64,000 nt of DNA from Candidatus Hydrogenedentota bacterium (GCA_045863335.1 BTVY01000023.1:1-64000); one strand, 5' to 3'; counted from the stretch's first letter, positions 11,711 to 21,741 are shown. The notes: generated from the sequence alone by a model not told the origin. Made by a program: numbers and translations.

Positions 11711-13180
11711 TTAGAAGGGCGTGTCGTCTTCTTCGTACACCTCGTCGGACTCAAAGTGCGGAGGCGGCGCCACGCTGCCGGGCGGCGCATAGGAGGGCGC
11801 ATCGCCCGCCGCAGCGGGATCCTGAAAGCGCTGGATGTTGCGGTCAAAATAGAGATCGATCTTGCCGGTGGGCCCGTTACGCTGCTTGGCGATGTTCACG
11901 TGGATCAGTTTTTCGTGCGCGGGATCTTCTTCTTCGTCATCGCCCGCGCGCTTGTACGCCGGGGGACGGGATAACATGAGCACGACGTCAGCGTCCTGCT
12001 CGATGGCGCCGGATTCGCGCAAATGAGACAGCTTCGGCGCCCCGGTATCGTCCTTCTCCGCCTCGCGGCTGAGCTGGGACAAGGCGATGACGGGCACCCG
12101 CAGTTCGCGTGCAAGTCCTTTGACAGACCGGGAAATCTCGGCAATCTCCGTCTGGCGGCTCTCGGTGCGTCCCGGCGCCCGCATGAGCTGAAGGTAATCG
12201 ATGATCAGCAGGTCGACGCTGTGTTGCGCGGCATGTCGCCGCGCCTTCGATCGCAACTCGAGAATGCTGATGTTGGGCGTGTCGTCGATGAAGACTGGAG
12301 CGGTGTTGAGTTTACCGGCTGCCTCCTGCAATTTGGGAAATTCGGATTTCGCCAGAAACCCGGTGCGCAGGCGCTTGGAATCAATCTGGCCTTCCATGCA
12401 CAACAGGCGCTGCACCAACTGCTCCTTGGACATTTCCAGACTGAAAACGAGCACCGATTTCTTCTCGCGGATGGCCGCGTTCGCCGCGACGTTGAGTGCG
12501 AACGCCGTCTTTCCCACCGAGGGCCGCGCGGCCAGAATGATCATGTCCGAAGGCTGAAAACCCGAGAGCATCTCGTCGAGGCGGTGATAGCCCGAGGGCA
12601 ACCCCGTGTAGCCGGTATGCGATTTGATGATGCTTTCAATGCGGTCAATGGCGTCGGGGATCAGGTCGACCACTTTGTAAATGGGATTGAGCTGCCGGGT
12701 CTCCGAAATGGAGAAGATGGACTGTTCGGCCTCGTCCAGCAGCGCATTGACGTCCGGCGGGAGCGAATAGGCTTCCCCGGCCAGCCGCGTGCAGGCCGTG
12801 ATGACGCGGCGCAAGACCGCCGCGTCCAGCACGATCTTCGCGTAGTACTCGACATTGGCCGAGGTGGGGACCGCCGCCGCCAGGTCCGAGATATAACTCG
12901 GCCCACCGACCACTTCGAGCTGGCCGTCGCGCGTAAGCTGCTCGACCAAAGTGACGAGGTCAATGGGCGTGTTATTTCGATACAGCGAAACAATCGCCGT
13001 ATAGATATGTTGATGCTTTTCCGAATAGAAGACGTCTGCCGCGCTTTCGCGCAGAATCTCGATCCCGGTGCCGACGGCTTCGGAGTTCAGCAGCATGGCA
13101 CCGAGAACTGACCGCTCCGCGTCGATGTTCTGCGGCGGCATCCGGTCAAAACTGGGCGGCGCCTTACGCTGCGTGGCCAC
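11711..13180 (-). CDS. dnaB: Replicative DNA helicase
   Basis: PPQNIDAERSVLG, AARPSVGKT, IIDYLQL, LSQLSR, LRESGAIEQDAD, AKQRNGPTG; GTG start just after the rplI stop. Confidence 0.97.
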   Translation of the reverse strand: MATQRKAPPSFDRMPPQNIDAERSVLGAMLLNSEAVGTGIEILRESAADVFYSEKHQHIYTAIVSLYRNNTPIDLVTLVEQLTRDGQLEVVGGPSYISDLAAAVPTSANVEYYAKIVLDAAVLRRVITACTRLAGEAYSLPPDVNALLDEAEQSIFSISETRQLNPIYKVVDLIPDAIDRIESIIKSHTGYTGLPSGYHRLDEMLSGFQPSDMIILAARPSVGKTAFALNVAANAAIREKKSVLVFSLEMSKEQLVQRLLCMEGQIDSKRLRTGFLAKSEFPKLQEAAGKLNTAPVFIDDTPNISILELRSKARRHAAQHSVDLLIIDYLQLMRAPGRTESRQTEIAEISRSVKGLARELRVPVIALSQLSREAEKDDTGAPKLSHLRESGAIEQDADVVLMLSRPPAYKRAGDDEEEDPAHEKLIHVNIAKQRNGPTGKIDLYFDRNIQRFQDPAAAGDAPSYAPPGSVAPPPHFESDEVYEEDDTPF

Positions 13181-13181
13181 G

Positions 13182-13736
13182 TTACTCCGTGTCCTCCTCC
13201 TCCGTCGGTACCTCGACAACCTCTTCCTGCTTTGCGGCCGCTTCCTGGGCGGCAGCGGCAGCCAGCGCTGCGGCGGCGAGATCTTCTTCGGTCTCTTCTT
13301 TGGTCACCCAAACCTTGACCGGCGCATCGATGCCGCGGATAAGCCGGACATTCGCCGTATAGATGCCCAGAGACTTGATTGGCTCCTCGAGCGTAACCGC
13401 TTTACGGTCCACCGCGAAGCCGTGCTTCCGAAGGCCCTCCGCGATTTGCCCCGTTGTGACGGACCCGAAGATGCGGTCTTCTGCCCCAGCCTTCGCCTTA
13501 ATCTCAACCGTCACGCCCGAGAGCTTCTTGGCCACCTCGGCCAACTCGGCGCGGACCTTCTCCTCGCGCTTGCGGATAATGCGCATCTCATGCTCGATTT
13601 GCTTGGCGCTGCTCGAGTCGGCGCTCACCGCGAGTTTTCGCGGCAACAGGTAGTTCCGGGCATAGCCGTCGGCCACCTTGACCGTCATGCCCATTTCGCC
13701 CAGGTTGGGCACGTTCTCACACAGGATAACCTTCAC
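13182..13736 (-). CDS. rplI: 50S ribosomal protein L9
   Basis: MKVIL...V..GYARNYLLP, FGSVT; acidic C-terminal extension. Confidence 0.97.
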   Translation of the reverse strand: MKVILCENVPNLGEMGMTVKVADGYARNYLLPRKLAVSADSSSAKQIEHEMRIIRKREEKVRAELAEVAKKLSGVTVEIKAKAGAEDRIFGSVTTGQIAEGLRKHGFAVDRKAVTLEEPIKSLGIYTANVRLIRGIDAPVKVWVTKEETEEDLAAAALAAAAAQEAAAKQEEVVEVPTEEEDTE

Positions 13737-13800
13737 GGTGTCCTCCTCTCGTTCGCAGAGCCGCGCGTCCTGCTGCAGCCGGTTGGACGAGTGTTACGTA

Positions 13801-14817
13801 CTATACCATTCGATCGTCTTTTGGACCGTCTTTTTTTTCGCGGGCCGCAACGAACAGGTCGATCTTCCGGCGGTAGTCGCCCCACGTGTCAAACAATCCG
13901 ATCAACATGAGCAACGGCAACGCGCCGACATTTATTAACACGAACACAATCAGGACGAAAATCAGTAAATTCGGCCTGAACGCATGAACGGCGTACAGAA
14001 AAATCGACAACCCGTTCACACAATATATCGCACTCAGGCCCAGCGCACTGTTCCACGCCACCACACTCAGCGCGTGCGACGGCCAACGCTGATAGGCCAA
14101 GCACAGCAATGCCGACACGATGGCCAACCACACCAGCCACTCCGACGGGCGCATCTGGGTAAAGGTGCCCTGCGGCCCGGCCTCGCCAAACCGCGTACGC
14201 AGGATGAACCGCGTCAGCGATACGAACATGCACGACACCACAAAGATGGCGGCATAGTTCGCACCGAAGACGAGGGACCCGGCATGCGCTTCCAGCCACG
14301 TGATTAGGTTCAGTTGGTCCGGGTCCGGTTCGTTACCGGTCTGTCCGGCCTGCTGATGCACCGCCACGCGGAGGTTTTCCGCCATCGCGTCTACCTGGCT
14401 TGTCCATGCGTCCCAGGCCGTGAGAAAATTCAAGGCCATGAGAACAAAGACATAGGCCGTTAACACATGGACGAGCCGGCCGTAGGACCACATTCGGGCG
14501 ATGCCTACACCCGCAAGCACGCCCGCGAGTCCAAACGCAATGTATTCAAGTGTAGAACCCGCCGTGAGCAGGGCCAAGGCACCGGCTCCCGGATCATCCT
14601 GCGCATCCTCACCGCCGCCCGCTGACAGGACGACCCAGCGCAAAACAATGCTGATCGTGGGAGTCAGGCCCGCCGCGACCAGTATGGCGAGAGTGTGCTT
14701 CCAGCGGTTGCGAGCGGCAAGAACTGCCGCCGGTATGGGATACATACCAACCGAAATGGGATACAGGGCCACCCCCAACGCGAGAAGACCCGCCCATATC
14801 AGCGCGAACTGCAGCAT
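13801..14817 (-). CDS. DUF2232/YybS-family membrane protein
   Basis: Multi-TM protein ending in GLFDTWGDYR, in the usual position between rpsR and rplI. Confidence 0.85.
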   Translation of the reverse strand: MLQFALIWAGLLALGVALYPISVGMYPIPAAVLAARNRWKHTLAILVAAGLTPTISIVLRWVVLSAGGGEDAQDDPGAGALALLTAGSTLEYIAFGLAGVLAGVGIARMWSYGRLVHVLTAYVFVLMALNFLTAWDAWTSQVDAMAENLRVAVHQQAGQTGNEPDPDQLNLITWLEAHAGSLVFGANYAAIFVVSCMFVSLTRFILRTRFGEAGPQGTFTQMRPSEWLVWLAIVSALLCLAYQRWPSHALSVVAWNSALGLSAIYCVNGLSIFLYAVHAFRPNLLIFVLIVFVLINVGALPLLMLIGLFDTWGDYRRKIDLFVAAREKKDGPKDDRMV

Positions 14818-14853
14818 ACCCCAGGTTCCCGGGATGGGCCCGGCCCGCCGCCC

Positions 14854-15126
14854 CTAATCGGCGACGTAGGGCAACAGCGCGATCTGTCTGGCCAGCTTGA
14901 TCGCCTTGGTCAGCATCCGCTGGTGCCGTGCCGTGGCTCCCGTGATTCGGCGCGGAATGATCTTGCCCCGCTCGGTCACATAGTGCTTAAGCATGCCCAC
15001 GTCTTTGTAGTCGATATAGACAACCCGGTCCACCGTTAACCGGCAAACCTTGTTGCGCGAAAGGGCCTTCTTCTTTTTCTTGCGGGCCCGGGATTTGGCC
15101 TTTGCCATCATTCTTGCCATAACCAT
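14854..15126 (-). CDS. rpsR: 30S ribosomal protein S18
   Basis: [30 protein letters not shown]. Confidence 0.97.
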   Translation of the reverse strand: MVMARMMAKAKSRARKKKKKALSRNKVCRLTVDRVVYIDYKDVGMLKHYVTERGKIIPRRITGATARHQRMLTKAIKLARQIALLPYVAD

Positions 15127-15143
15127 TTTCTCCTGTCGGATGC

Positions 15144-15575
15144 CTAGAAGGGAATGTCGTCTTCCGCTTCCGGCATTGGCTCTTCGATTTCACGCGGCTG
15201 CGGGCGCGAACTCGGCGATCCGCCGCGGTCTTCCCAGTCCAACTGCTGGACCCGTTCGGCGCTGACCTCGAAACCGGTTCGCTTCTGGCCCTCTTTGTCC
15301 GTGTAGTCGTTGCTGCGCAACTGCCCTTCCACGAGAACGGGGCGGCCCTTGCGAAGATACTCGTTGCAGTACTCGCCGCTTTTTCCCCAAACCGTGACGT
15401 TGATGAAAAAAGTATCTTCCCTCTTTTCACCTTCCTTCGTCTTATAGAAGCGGGAAACCGCCAAACCCAATTTGCACAGGGGCATTCCTGACGGCAAATA
15501 CCGCAATTCGGGATCGCGCGTCAGTCTCCCTGCCAGAAGCACCTTGTTCAGATCCGGCATGCGCAGATCGGACAT
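15144..15575 (-). CDS. ssb: Single-stranded DNA-binding protein
   Basis: [18 protein letters not shown]; C-terminal DDIPF. Confidence 0.97.
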   Translation of the reverse strand: MSDLRMPDLNKVLLAGRLTRDPELRYLPSGMPLCKLGLAVSRFYKTKEGEKREDTFFINVTVWGKSGEYCNEYLRKGRPVLVEGQLRSNDYTDKEGQKRTGFEVSAERVQQLDWEDRGGSPSSRPQPREIEEPMPEAEDDIPF

Positions 15576-15602
15576 GGGGTCGGTCTCCTTTCCGGTTCGG
15601 GT

Positions 15603-16043
15603 CTACTCGTCGTCTTCGTCGTCATCGTCGCGGCGACGGCCTCGCGAAGGCCGGCGGTCGTCGTCATCATCGTCGTCGTCGCGATCGCGGTTCGCCGCGC
15701 TGTTGCGGATCTCCGCTTCGACACGTTGCTTCTGCTCTTCCTCGAGCCGCAAGGTCTGCGGATCGAAGTACACGACCAGGTCGCGGATGACGTTTTCGGA
15801 CAGTCGAAAATGGTTCTCGAGCTTGCCTACAAATTCCGGGCTCGATTCAAACCGGAGAAGCACATAAACTCCTTCGGTCTGTTTCTTTACCTCGTAGGCC
15901 AGTTTCCTCTTGCCCCAGATTTCCGAGCGCACGATAGTCCCGCCATTGGTCGTCACAAGGGATTCCACATCCTTGGCTATCGTCTGGATCTCATCGTCCT
16001 GCACATCCGGCTTGACGATGTAGAGCGCTTCGTACGTTCTCAA
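15603..16043 (-). CDS. rpsF: 30S ribosomal protein S6
   Basis: RTYE, WGKRKLAYEV; TTG start after GGAGGTG; Asp/Arg-rich tail. Confidence 0.95.
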   Translation of the reverse strand: MRTYEALYIVKPDVQDDEIQTIAKDVESLVTTNGGTIVRSEIWGKRKLAYEVKKQTEGVYVLLRFESSPEFVGKLENHFRLSENVIRDLVVYFDPQTLRLEEEQKQRVEAEIRNSAANRDRDDDDDDDDRRPSRGRRRDDDDEDDE

Positions 16044-16105
16044 TGCATTCACCTCCTCACAATTGACGGTTTGGTACCCAGGCGGTTTTAGGGCACGAAC
16101 GGGGA

Positions 16106-16135
16106 AGCATAGCAAACGGAGAATTCAAAGCGCAA
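16106..16135 (-). promoter_or_regulatory. Putative sigma70 promoter of the rpsF operon
   Basis: Minus strand TTGCGC-N18-TATGCT with extended -10 TG. Confidence 0.5.
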
Positions 16136-16157
16136 ATCGATGCGGGGATTGGACAAA

Positions 16158-16193
16158 GTCCTAGTCGTCCTATCGGTCCCATACGTCCTGTTC
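16158..16193. repeat. 9-bp degenerate tandem repeat (GTCCYANNN-like x4)
   Basis: gtcctagtc gtcctatcg gtcccatac gtcctgttc. Confidence 0.6.
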
Positions 16194-16202
16194 CCGCGGA
16201 AA

Positions 16203-17492
16203 TCAAAGGATCTGCGCGTAGTCCGCTTCAATCCGCTGCAGATTCAAGCGGTTGAGGAAACTCGAATAGCACATCCAACTGACCAATGCGTTCAGATCGG
16301 AGAAGACCGGCGGCAGATACTTGGGCGCCGCGACCAACCCCTCGTCCACGAGACCGGCAAGCGTCCGGATGTCCTCCAGCGTGGCCTTACCGCAAAACAG
16401 GAGTGGGATGCGCTCCGGAATACCCCGCGTCACGGCTAGGCGCAGGTAGTTGTAAACCAGCACGAAACCTTTGCTGTAGCAGATGTCCTTGGTGAACGGC
16501 GCACCGTCGGGGGTGCTTCCGCGGAAAACGCGGACCGTGTTGGTATAGCTCTCGATATCGGAGAAGCTCTGGGCGCGGTAAAACTCGAAAACCTCGACGA
16601 AGTTCGCCCCGGACTCCGCCATATGGACCGCCCGAACCCGGTTCGTCAACCGCCGCAGACGTGCCGGATGGGATGCAAAGGCCAGGATTTCCGCGATGAT
16701 CGCCAAGCCTTCCTGGGTTACCGTTGAGGAGGGCGGCCCCTTGCTCAGGAACGTGCAAACTGGCTGGTTGAGGCCGTTTAGCGTGGTCCCCACGTGTACC
16801 CAGCCTTCGTGAATCTCCAGCAGCCGCAGGTCCCGCTGGCTGAACCGGGCCTCTTTGCGAATCTTGATGTAGTCGGACCCGGCGGCGGCGTCGGCCACGA
16901 TGCCGTCGCTCAGGCGCACCCGGACGCGTCGGTCCGCGTCGTGGAAGTAATCGCGCATCCGCTGCTGAAGAATGGCTACCGCGTCCTCCCCGCTAATGGT
17001 GCGATCCTCCTGTTGGGAGAGCGCACTCCGGTCGATGTTTTCCAGGGCTTCGGTCAACATCGTGGCGAGATCGAAGAGCGTGGGATCGCCCGCATGAAAC
17101 ACGTCTCCCGCGCTGCCGTAGAGCTTCTGGGACAACTCCGAAAACTCGGGCGTGCCCCGGCATTCCAGCATGCGGACGACCATGCGGTACTCACGGCACA
17201 TGCGTTGCATCAAGACGCCAACGGGATTGAACTGGCCCAACTGCCGCTGGATGTCCCGTTCGATTTCGTGGAGTTCCTGCTTCTTGTCCTCGGGATCGAA
17301 GGGGAGCGGGCGTTGGGCGTAGTACGCGGCGTCGACGGCGGGCAGTTCCCGGCAGTCCTTTTCAAAGAACGACACGAGCACCGCCGGATCCCACTTGATC
17401 GCGTCGAGCACGCGAATGGGGCGCTGCGCCTCCACCACCCGATCCGAAAGCAGCCGAACCGTCTGCCGGTAATTCTCTTCTGTCGTATCCAT
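16203..17492 (-). CDS. QEGLA-motif (DUF1704) metallopeptidase-like protein
   Basis: HEGWVH zinc motif, TQEGLA, RVFRG, FTKD..Y.KG. Confidence 0.9.
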   Translation of the reverse strand: MDTTEENYRQTVRLLSDRVVEAQRPIRVLDAIKWDPAVLVSFFEKDCRELPAVDAAYYAQRPLPFDPEDKKQELHEIERDIQRQLGQFNPVGVLMQRMCREYRMVVRMLECRGTPEFSELSQKLYGSAGDVFHAGDPTLFDLATMLTEALENIDRSALSQQEDRTISGEDAVAILQQRMRDYFHDADRRVRVRLSDGIVADAAAGSDYIKIRKEARFSQRDLRLLEIHEGWVHVGTTLNGLNQPVCTFLSKGPPSSTVTQEGLAIIAEILAFASHPARLRRLTNRVRAVHMAESGANFVEVFEFYRAQSFSDIESYTNTVRVFRGSTPDGAPFTKDICYSKGFVLVYNYLRLAVTRGIPERIPLLFCGKATLEDIRTLAGLVDEGLVAAPKYLPPVFSDLNALVSWMCYSSFLNRLNLQRIEADYAQIL

Positions 17493-17595
17493 ACACCCGC
17501 CGAATACCAAGACCCGAAACTGCCGAATACTACCACGTTCTGCCTTATCCCGCGAATGTGCCACGTGCAGTCTCGAAGGAAGAATTGGTCCAGGA

Positions 17596-17648
17596 TGTGA
17601 TGCAGGCTTCCAGCCTGCGACAGAGGCAGGCTGGAAGCCTGCACCACA
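17596..17648. repeat. Inverted REP-like doublet (GCAGGCTTCCAGCCTGC family)
   Basis: TGTGATGCAGGCTTCCAGCCTGC-N7-GCAGGCTGGAAGCCTGCACCACA. Confidence 0.75.
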
Positions 17649-17843
17649 ACCACTGCTCAGTCGTGCCAACGAGGAGTTCGCAACTGTTGCCGGAGGCGCG
17701 GGAATCCATCCACCGGAAACTCGTGCCGCTGCGAACAGGAAGTTGAAAACCTCCGATCAAAAACGGCAACGTGGACACTAAGCGCGGGTTCGCCCGGACC
17801 GCGCAGCTTAACGATCGGTACTCCACCACAAGGCTTTAGTTCT

Positions 17844-18539
17844 ATGAGCAACGATACCTCATCGGGGGCCGTGGTCCTGGTAAGCGGCGGAATCGATTCC
17901 TCCGTGCTGCTCCATCACGTGTCGCGGAATTTGAAACATGCGCCCCTTCATGTCTTGAGTTTTAACTACGGCCAGCGCCATTCGAAGGAAATCGATTGCG
18001 CCCGCTGGCAGGCGGATGCCGTCGATGCGGACGCCCACCGCATCATCGACATCAGTTTCATGGGCGGGCTGGTGCGCGGGGCGTCGGCACTCATCTCCGG
18101 CGGAAAGACCGTTCCCGAATTCGCGGCGTTGGCCCCCTCGGACCTGGACCAGCCGCCGACTTACGTGCCGAACCGCAACATGATTCTCCTTTCAATCGCG
18201 GCGGCTTATGCGGAGGCCCACGGCATTCGCAACGTGTTCTACGGCGCCCAGGCTTTGGATGAGTATGGCTATTGGGATTGTACGACCGACTTCCTGGAAC
18301 GCGTCAACGCGGTGCTCTCCCTGAACCGTAGAGAGCGCGTCACCGTTCACGCGCCTTTCATTGAAAAAAGAAAGGCGGACTCAGTTCGGCTCGGGCAGGA
18401 GCTGGGCGTCTTGTTTACCCAGACTTGGTCGTGCTATCGCGGAGAGGAAAAAGCCTGTGGGGTTTGCCCGACCTGCGTGGAACGGTTGAAGGCGTTCCAA
18501 GAGGCCGGCATCGAAGACCCCGTTCCCTATGAGACCTAG
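17844..18539 (+). CDS. queC: 7-cyano-7-deazaguanine synthase
   Basis: SGGIDS PP-loop, YGQRH, TYVPNRN, GYWDC, TWSCY...CGVCPTC zinc site. Confidence 0.93.
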   Translation: MSNDTSSGAVVLVSGGIDSSVLLHHVSRNLKHAPLHVLSFNYGQRHSKEIDCARWQADAVDADAHRIIDISFMGGLVRGASALISGGKTVPEFAALAPSDLDQPPTYVPNRNMILLSIAAAYAEAHGIRNVFYGAQALDEYGYWDCTTDFLERVNAVLSLNRRERVTVHAPFIEKRKADSVRLGQELGVLFTQTWSCYRGEEKACGVCPTCVERLKAFQEAGIEDPVPYET

Positions 18540-18567
18540 TGGGTTCGAACTGCCGGGATAGGAACAC

Positions 18568-19395
18568 ATGCTGAACAATCAAGTCGTTCTCATCACCGGC
18601 TGTTCCTCGGGGATTGGCCGGGCCTTGGCCGTCGAATTTGCAATGCAGGGGCACCGGGTCATCGCTTCCGCGCGCAGACCCGAAAGCATCGCGGATCTGA
18701 CCGCGCAACAGATCGAAACCGCACAGATCGATGTGACCGACCCGGCATCGATCAAGGACGCTGTGGAAACGATTATCGCCGCTGCGGGTCGAATCGACAT
18801 CCTCGTCAACAACGCGGGCTTCGGCCAAATCGCTCCCATGATCGACGTGCCCATCGAGAAACTCCGGCTGCAACTCGAAACCAATGTCATCGGCGCCGTC
18901 GCCATGATGCGGGCCGTGGCTCCCCATATGATTCGGCAGCGCCACGGACGCATCGTCCAGATCGGGAGCATCTCGGGAATCCTGACGACCCCCTTCGCCG
19001 GCTCCTACTGCGCGTCCAAGGCGGCGTTGCACGCCCTGTCCGAATCGGCGCGGATGGAACTCAAGCCTTTCGGAATCGACACGATCATCGTTCAACCCGG
19101 AGGCGTGACGACGCGATTCGGCGACACATCGACCGGCCACATCGTGATGCGTCCCGGGTCGGTATATGGCGGGATCGCCGGGCATATCGCGGCACGCGCC
19201 CAAACGTCTCAGCACGGCGCGGCCCCTGTGGACAAGGTCGCCCGGAAGATTGTCGCTGCGGCCACGCGTTCCCGGCCGCCTCGCGTACTCCGCCTGGGGC
19301 GTGGAGGACACCGGTATCCCCTGATTAAGCGGCTTGTGCCCGATGCGCTGCTCGACAGGGTCCTCATGAAGATGTTTGGGCTGTCGGAGTTGTAG
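18568..19395 (+). CDS. Short-chain dehydrogenase/reductase
   Basis: TGCSSGIG, NNAG, YCASK. Confidence 0.93.
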   Translation: MLNNQVVLITGCSSGIGRALAVEFAMQGHRVIASARRPESIADLTAQQIETAQIDVTDPASIKDAVETIIAAAGRIDILVNNAGFGQIAPMIDVPIEKLRLQLETNVIGAVAMMRAVAPHMIRQRHGRIVQIGSISGILTTPFAGSYCASKAALHALSESARMELKPFGIDTIIVQPGGVTTRFGDTSTGHIVMRPGSVYGGIAGHIAARAQTSQHGAAPVDKVARKIVAAATRSRPPRVLRLGRGGHRYPLIKRLVPDALLDRVLMKMFGLSEL

Positions 19396-19471
19396 GGGGC
19401 AGTGAGATTCGTTTTCCTCGGATACGTGCCTGAAAAGCGAGGACTCGCGCGCGACCGTCCGATCCTTCCCG

Positions 19472-20395
19472 CTATCGCCCTATAACCGATACGCTGCCGC
19501 TGAACGATCGAGCCCTTACGCGGGCAGCGCCGCTTCCAGCAACATACTCGAGGGATCGGCCCGGACCAAACTTGGGTTCGTTTACCTCTCCCCCGAAATC
19601 GCTATCAATGCCTCCGCTGAAGGTGTTCAGATCCAACGAGACCGGAGACCCCGCGGGAAGCACGATATCGATGCTGCCGCTGTGGGTTTGAAGTTCGGCC
19701 TCTCCGTTGGCAGCGATCGCGCCGATGAAATCGACCGAACCGGAGACCGTCTCGCATTGAAGCAACTCCACGTCCACGGATTCGATATCGATGCTCCCAC
19801 TCACCGTGGACGCCGCGATGCGTTCCATACGAGTTCGCACCGTATCCGGGTCGTCGGGAGCGGAACGGAGCGGGGCATTGGAAGCCACCATAATGTCCAC
19901 CTTGCCGCTGACCGTTTTTGCCTCAACGCTGGTCGGACGGCCTTCGACTTCCAGTGAACCGCTTACCGTTTCGGCGCGCACCCGGCCCGCGGTTTGCAGG
20001 GCCTCGACTTTTCCGCTGACGGTGCGCAGGTCCAGGCCGCCTTCCACATCCTCAACTTCAATCTTCGCGCTGACGCATTCCACCTGAACCGTTGCGCCGA
20101 AGGGCACGCGCACTAGCAGGCTGGCTTCCTTGGGACGCTTGTTCGGGTTCGACACGCGAATGGTCAAGCGGTCTTCGGTACCGCTGAACTCCAGGACATC
20201 CGAATCGGAGCCCAGTTTTCCCGTCACTTCGACGACGGCCTGCTCCCATCCGAGGATGTCAACGGAGCCTTTCGTGTTGGTGACATCTACAGCCACGTCC
20301 CGTGTGGCTGGCCGCAACTCTTCGATTTGCGTCTCGGCAATTGCCACCCCGACGATTGCCGCCGCGACGATCGCGATTCGTACATAAGTCTCCAT
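19472..20395 (-). CDS. DUF4097 beta-strand-repeat (putative adhesin) exported protein
   Basis: Signal peptide; repeated TVSG/T.SG motifs. Confidence 0.85.
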   Translation of the reverse strand: METYVRIAIVAAAIVGVAIAETQIEELRPATRDVAVDVTNTKGSVDILGWEQAVVEVTGKLGSDSDVLEFSGTEDRLTIRVSNPNKRPKEASLLVRVPFGATVQVECVSAKIEVEDVEGGLDLRTVSGKVEALQTAGRVRAETVSGSLEVEGRPTSVEAKTVSGKVDIMVASNAPLRSAPDDPDTVRTRMERIAASTVSGSIDIESVDVELLQCETVSGSVDFIGAIAANGEAELQTHSGSIDIVLPAGSPVSLDLNTFSGGIDSDFGGEVNEPKFGPGRSLEYVAGSGAARVRARSFSGSVSVIGR

Positions 20396-20406
20396 TACCC
20401 AATCCC

Positions 20407-21057
20407 CTAGAGTTGCGCAGGCAATTGCGTCGCCTGCTGCAAGAGGTCCACTTCCTGATCGTAGGCGGCCACGAGTGACCGAATGAGCTGTTGATTGGCG
20501 GGGTCCTGTTTCAACGCCGCCTTTATCTCGGCAATCGCGGTGCCGATAATCGCGAGATTCTCATCCACCACCGCAACCGTTTCCGGCGACAACTGGTCGC
20601 GCGAGTCATCCAGCGCTTGCACCAGGAGCGCGCGGGCCTGGCCGTACTCGGCCTCGACAAGCGCCAATTCCGAGCCGTCCGTTTTGCCGGGCTCAACGAG
20701 CGTCACAGTCGTGTCCTGCGGCGGCGTGCCCCATTGGAATTGCGCGAACAGGATTCCCGCGAAGAAGACGGCCGCAAAGGACGCCGCAAGCAAGGCGTAC
20801 CGGTACCGGCCCGAGCCTTTCGGTCGTTCCGGCTCGCGCCGCTCCAGGCGCGCTTCGATACCCGCCCAGAGATCGCGCTGCGGCGTCACGGTCTTCGGGA
20901 GCGCCGCCGCTTCGTCCATCACCCGCCGCAGCGAAGTTTCCAAGGCTCGATAATCCGCGTCTCGCGCGAGTTCTTGCTCCACGGTTGCCGCTTCCTCGGG
21001 CGTCAACACGCCGTCGAGATAGTCGTTCAACCGGGCTTCCCGATCATCCACGTTCAT
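20407..21057 (-). CDS. Membrane-anchored anti-sigma factor
   Basis: LNDYLDG N-terminal anti-sigma motif, P..DLW..IE, single TM; 4-nt overlap with the sigma gene. Confidence 0.82.
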   Translation of the reverse strand: MNVDDREARLNDYLDGVLTPEEAATVEQELARDADYRALETSLRRVMDEAAALPKTVTPQRDLWAGIEARLERREPERPKGSGRYRYALLAASFAAVFFAGILFAQFQWGTPPQDTTVTLVEPGKTDGSELALVEAEYGQARALLVQALDDSRDQLSPETVAVVDENLAIIGTAIAEIKAALKQDPANQQLIRSLVAAYDQEVDLLQQATQLPAQL

Positions 21058-21638
21058 TGCAACTGTTCCCTCAGGAGTTTCCTCGCCCGATGGAGATGCG
21101 CTTTCGAGGTGCCCGTTGCCAGGCCCGTCATCTCCGCAATCTCTTCGTGCTTGTACCCCTCGACGTCGTGCAGGATGAACACCTGCTTCGCGCCGGGAGG
21201 CAGCGTCGCGATTGCCGCTTCGAGGTCCACCCGTAACCCCGGCCGCCGGTGGTCGCCATCGGCGTGCGGCAGATCCGACAAATCCTCACGTTCGACCACC
21301 CGCGCGTTTCTGCGCGCCTGCGATCGCTTGTCCCCGAGCACTACGTTAAACGTCAACCGGTACAGCCACGAGTAGAACGCGCTGTCACCCCGAAATGAAC
21401 CGAGCTTTTCCCAGGCCCGGATAAACGCTTCCTGCGTCAGGTCCTCCGCCAAGGTCCGTTGCCCGCACATGCGCAGGCATAGACCGTACACGCGGTTCAC
21501 GTGCAGCCGGTACAACTCTTCGAAGGCGCGCCGGTCGCCATCTTGCGCCCGACGCACCAGCAGCATGTCGTCCGGCGCCATTGTTTCCGTCGCTGGCACC
21601 TGCGGTCCTTCTCCTCGCCCTGACCTGTCCTGCCTCAA
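21054..21638 (-). CDS. ECF RNA polymerase sigma factor
   Basis: AEDLTQEAF (region 2), F.SWLYR, GYKHEEIAE..G...GTSKAHLHRAR (region 4). Start uncertain. Confidence 0.93.
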   Translation of the reverse strand: MRQDRSGRGEGPQVPATETMAPDDMLLVRRAQDGDRRAFEELYRLHVNRVYGLCLRMCGQRTLAEDLTQEAFIRAWEKLGSFRGDSAFYSWLYRLTFNVVLGDKRSQARRNARVVEREDLSDLPHADGDHRRPGLRVDLEAAIATLPPGAKQVFILHDVEGYKHEEIAEMTGLATGTSKAHLHRARKLLREQLQ

Positions 21639-21712
21639 CGCGTTCTCATCCCTTACGATACCGCTCGTGCACCTTTGGTTTACCGGCGGGATCCAGTATA
21701 CGCGGGAGCGCG

Positions 21713-21741
21713 TTGAGCGTTCCCCAGGCCTTTGCTACAAT
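21713..21741 (+). promoter_or_regulatory. Putative sigma70 promoter of thiG
   Basis: TTGAGC-N17-TACAAT with TG extension. Confidence 0.55.

Noticed and set aside
10153-11979. 608-aa plus-strand ORF
   Set aside because: Antisense shadow of dapB/dapA/dnaB, expected at high GC; no motifs.
11711-13180. Intein in DnaB
   Set aside because: Length is normal and the helicase motifs are contiguous.
17770-17828. tRNA/tmRNA-like 3' end (GGGTTCG ... CTCCACCA)
   Set aside because: No proper T-arm (TTCRANTC), no matching acceptor stem and no 5' half.
17844-18539. QueC as part of a defence system (Qat/CBASS/Dpd)
   Set aside because: Canonical length and motifs; the neighbours are an SDR and a peptidase, with no defence genes.
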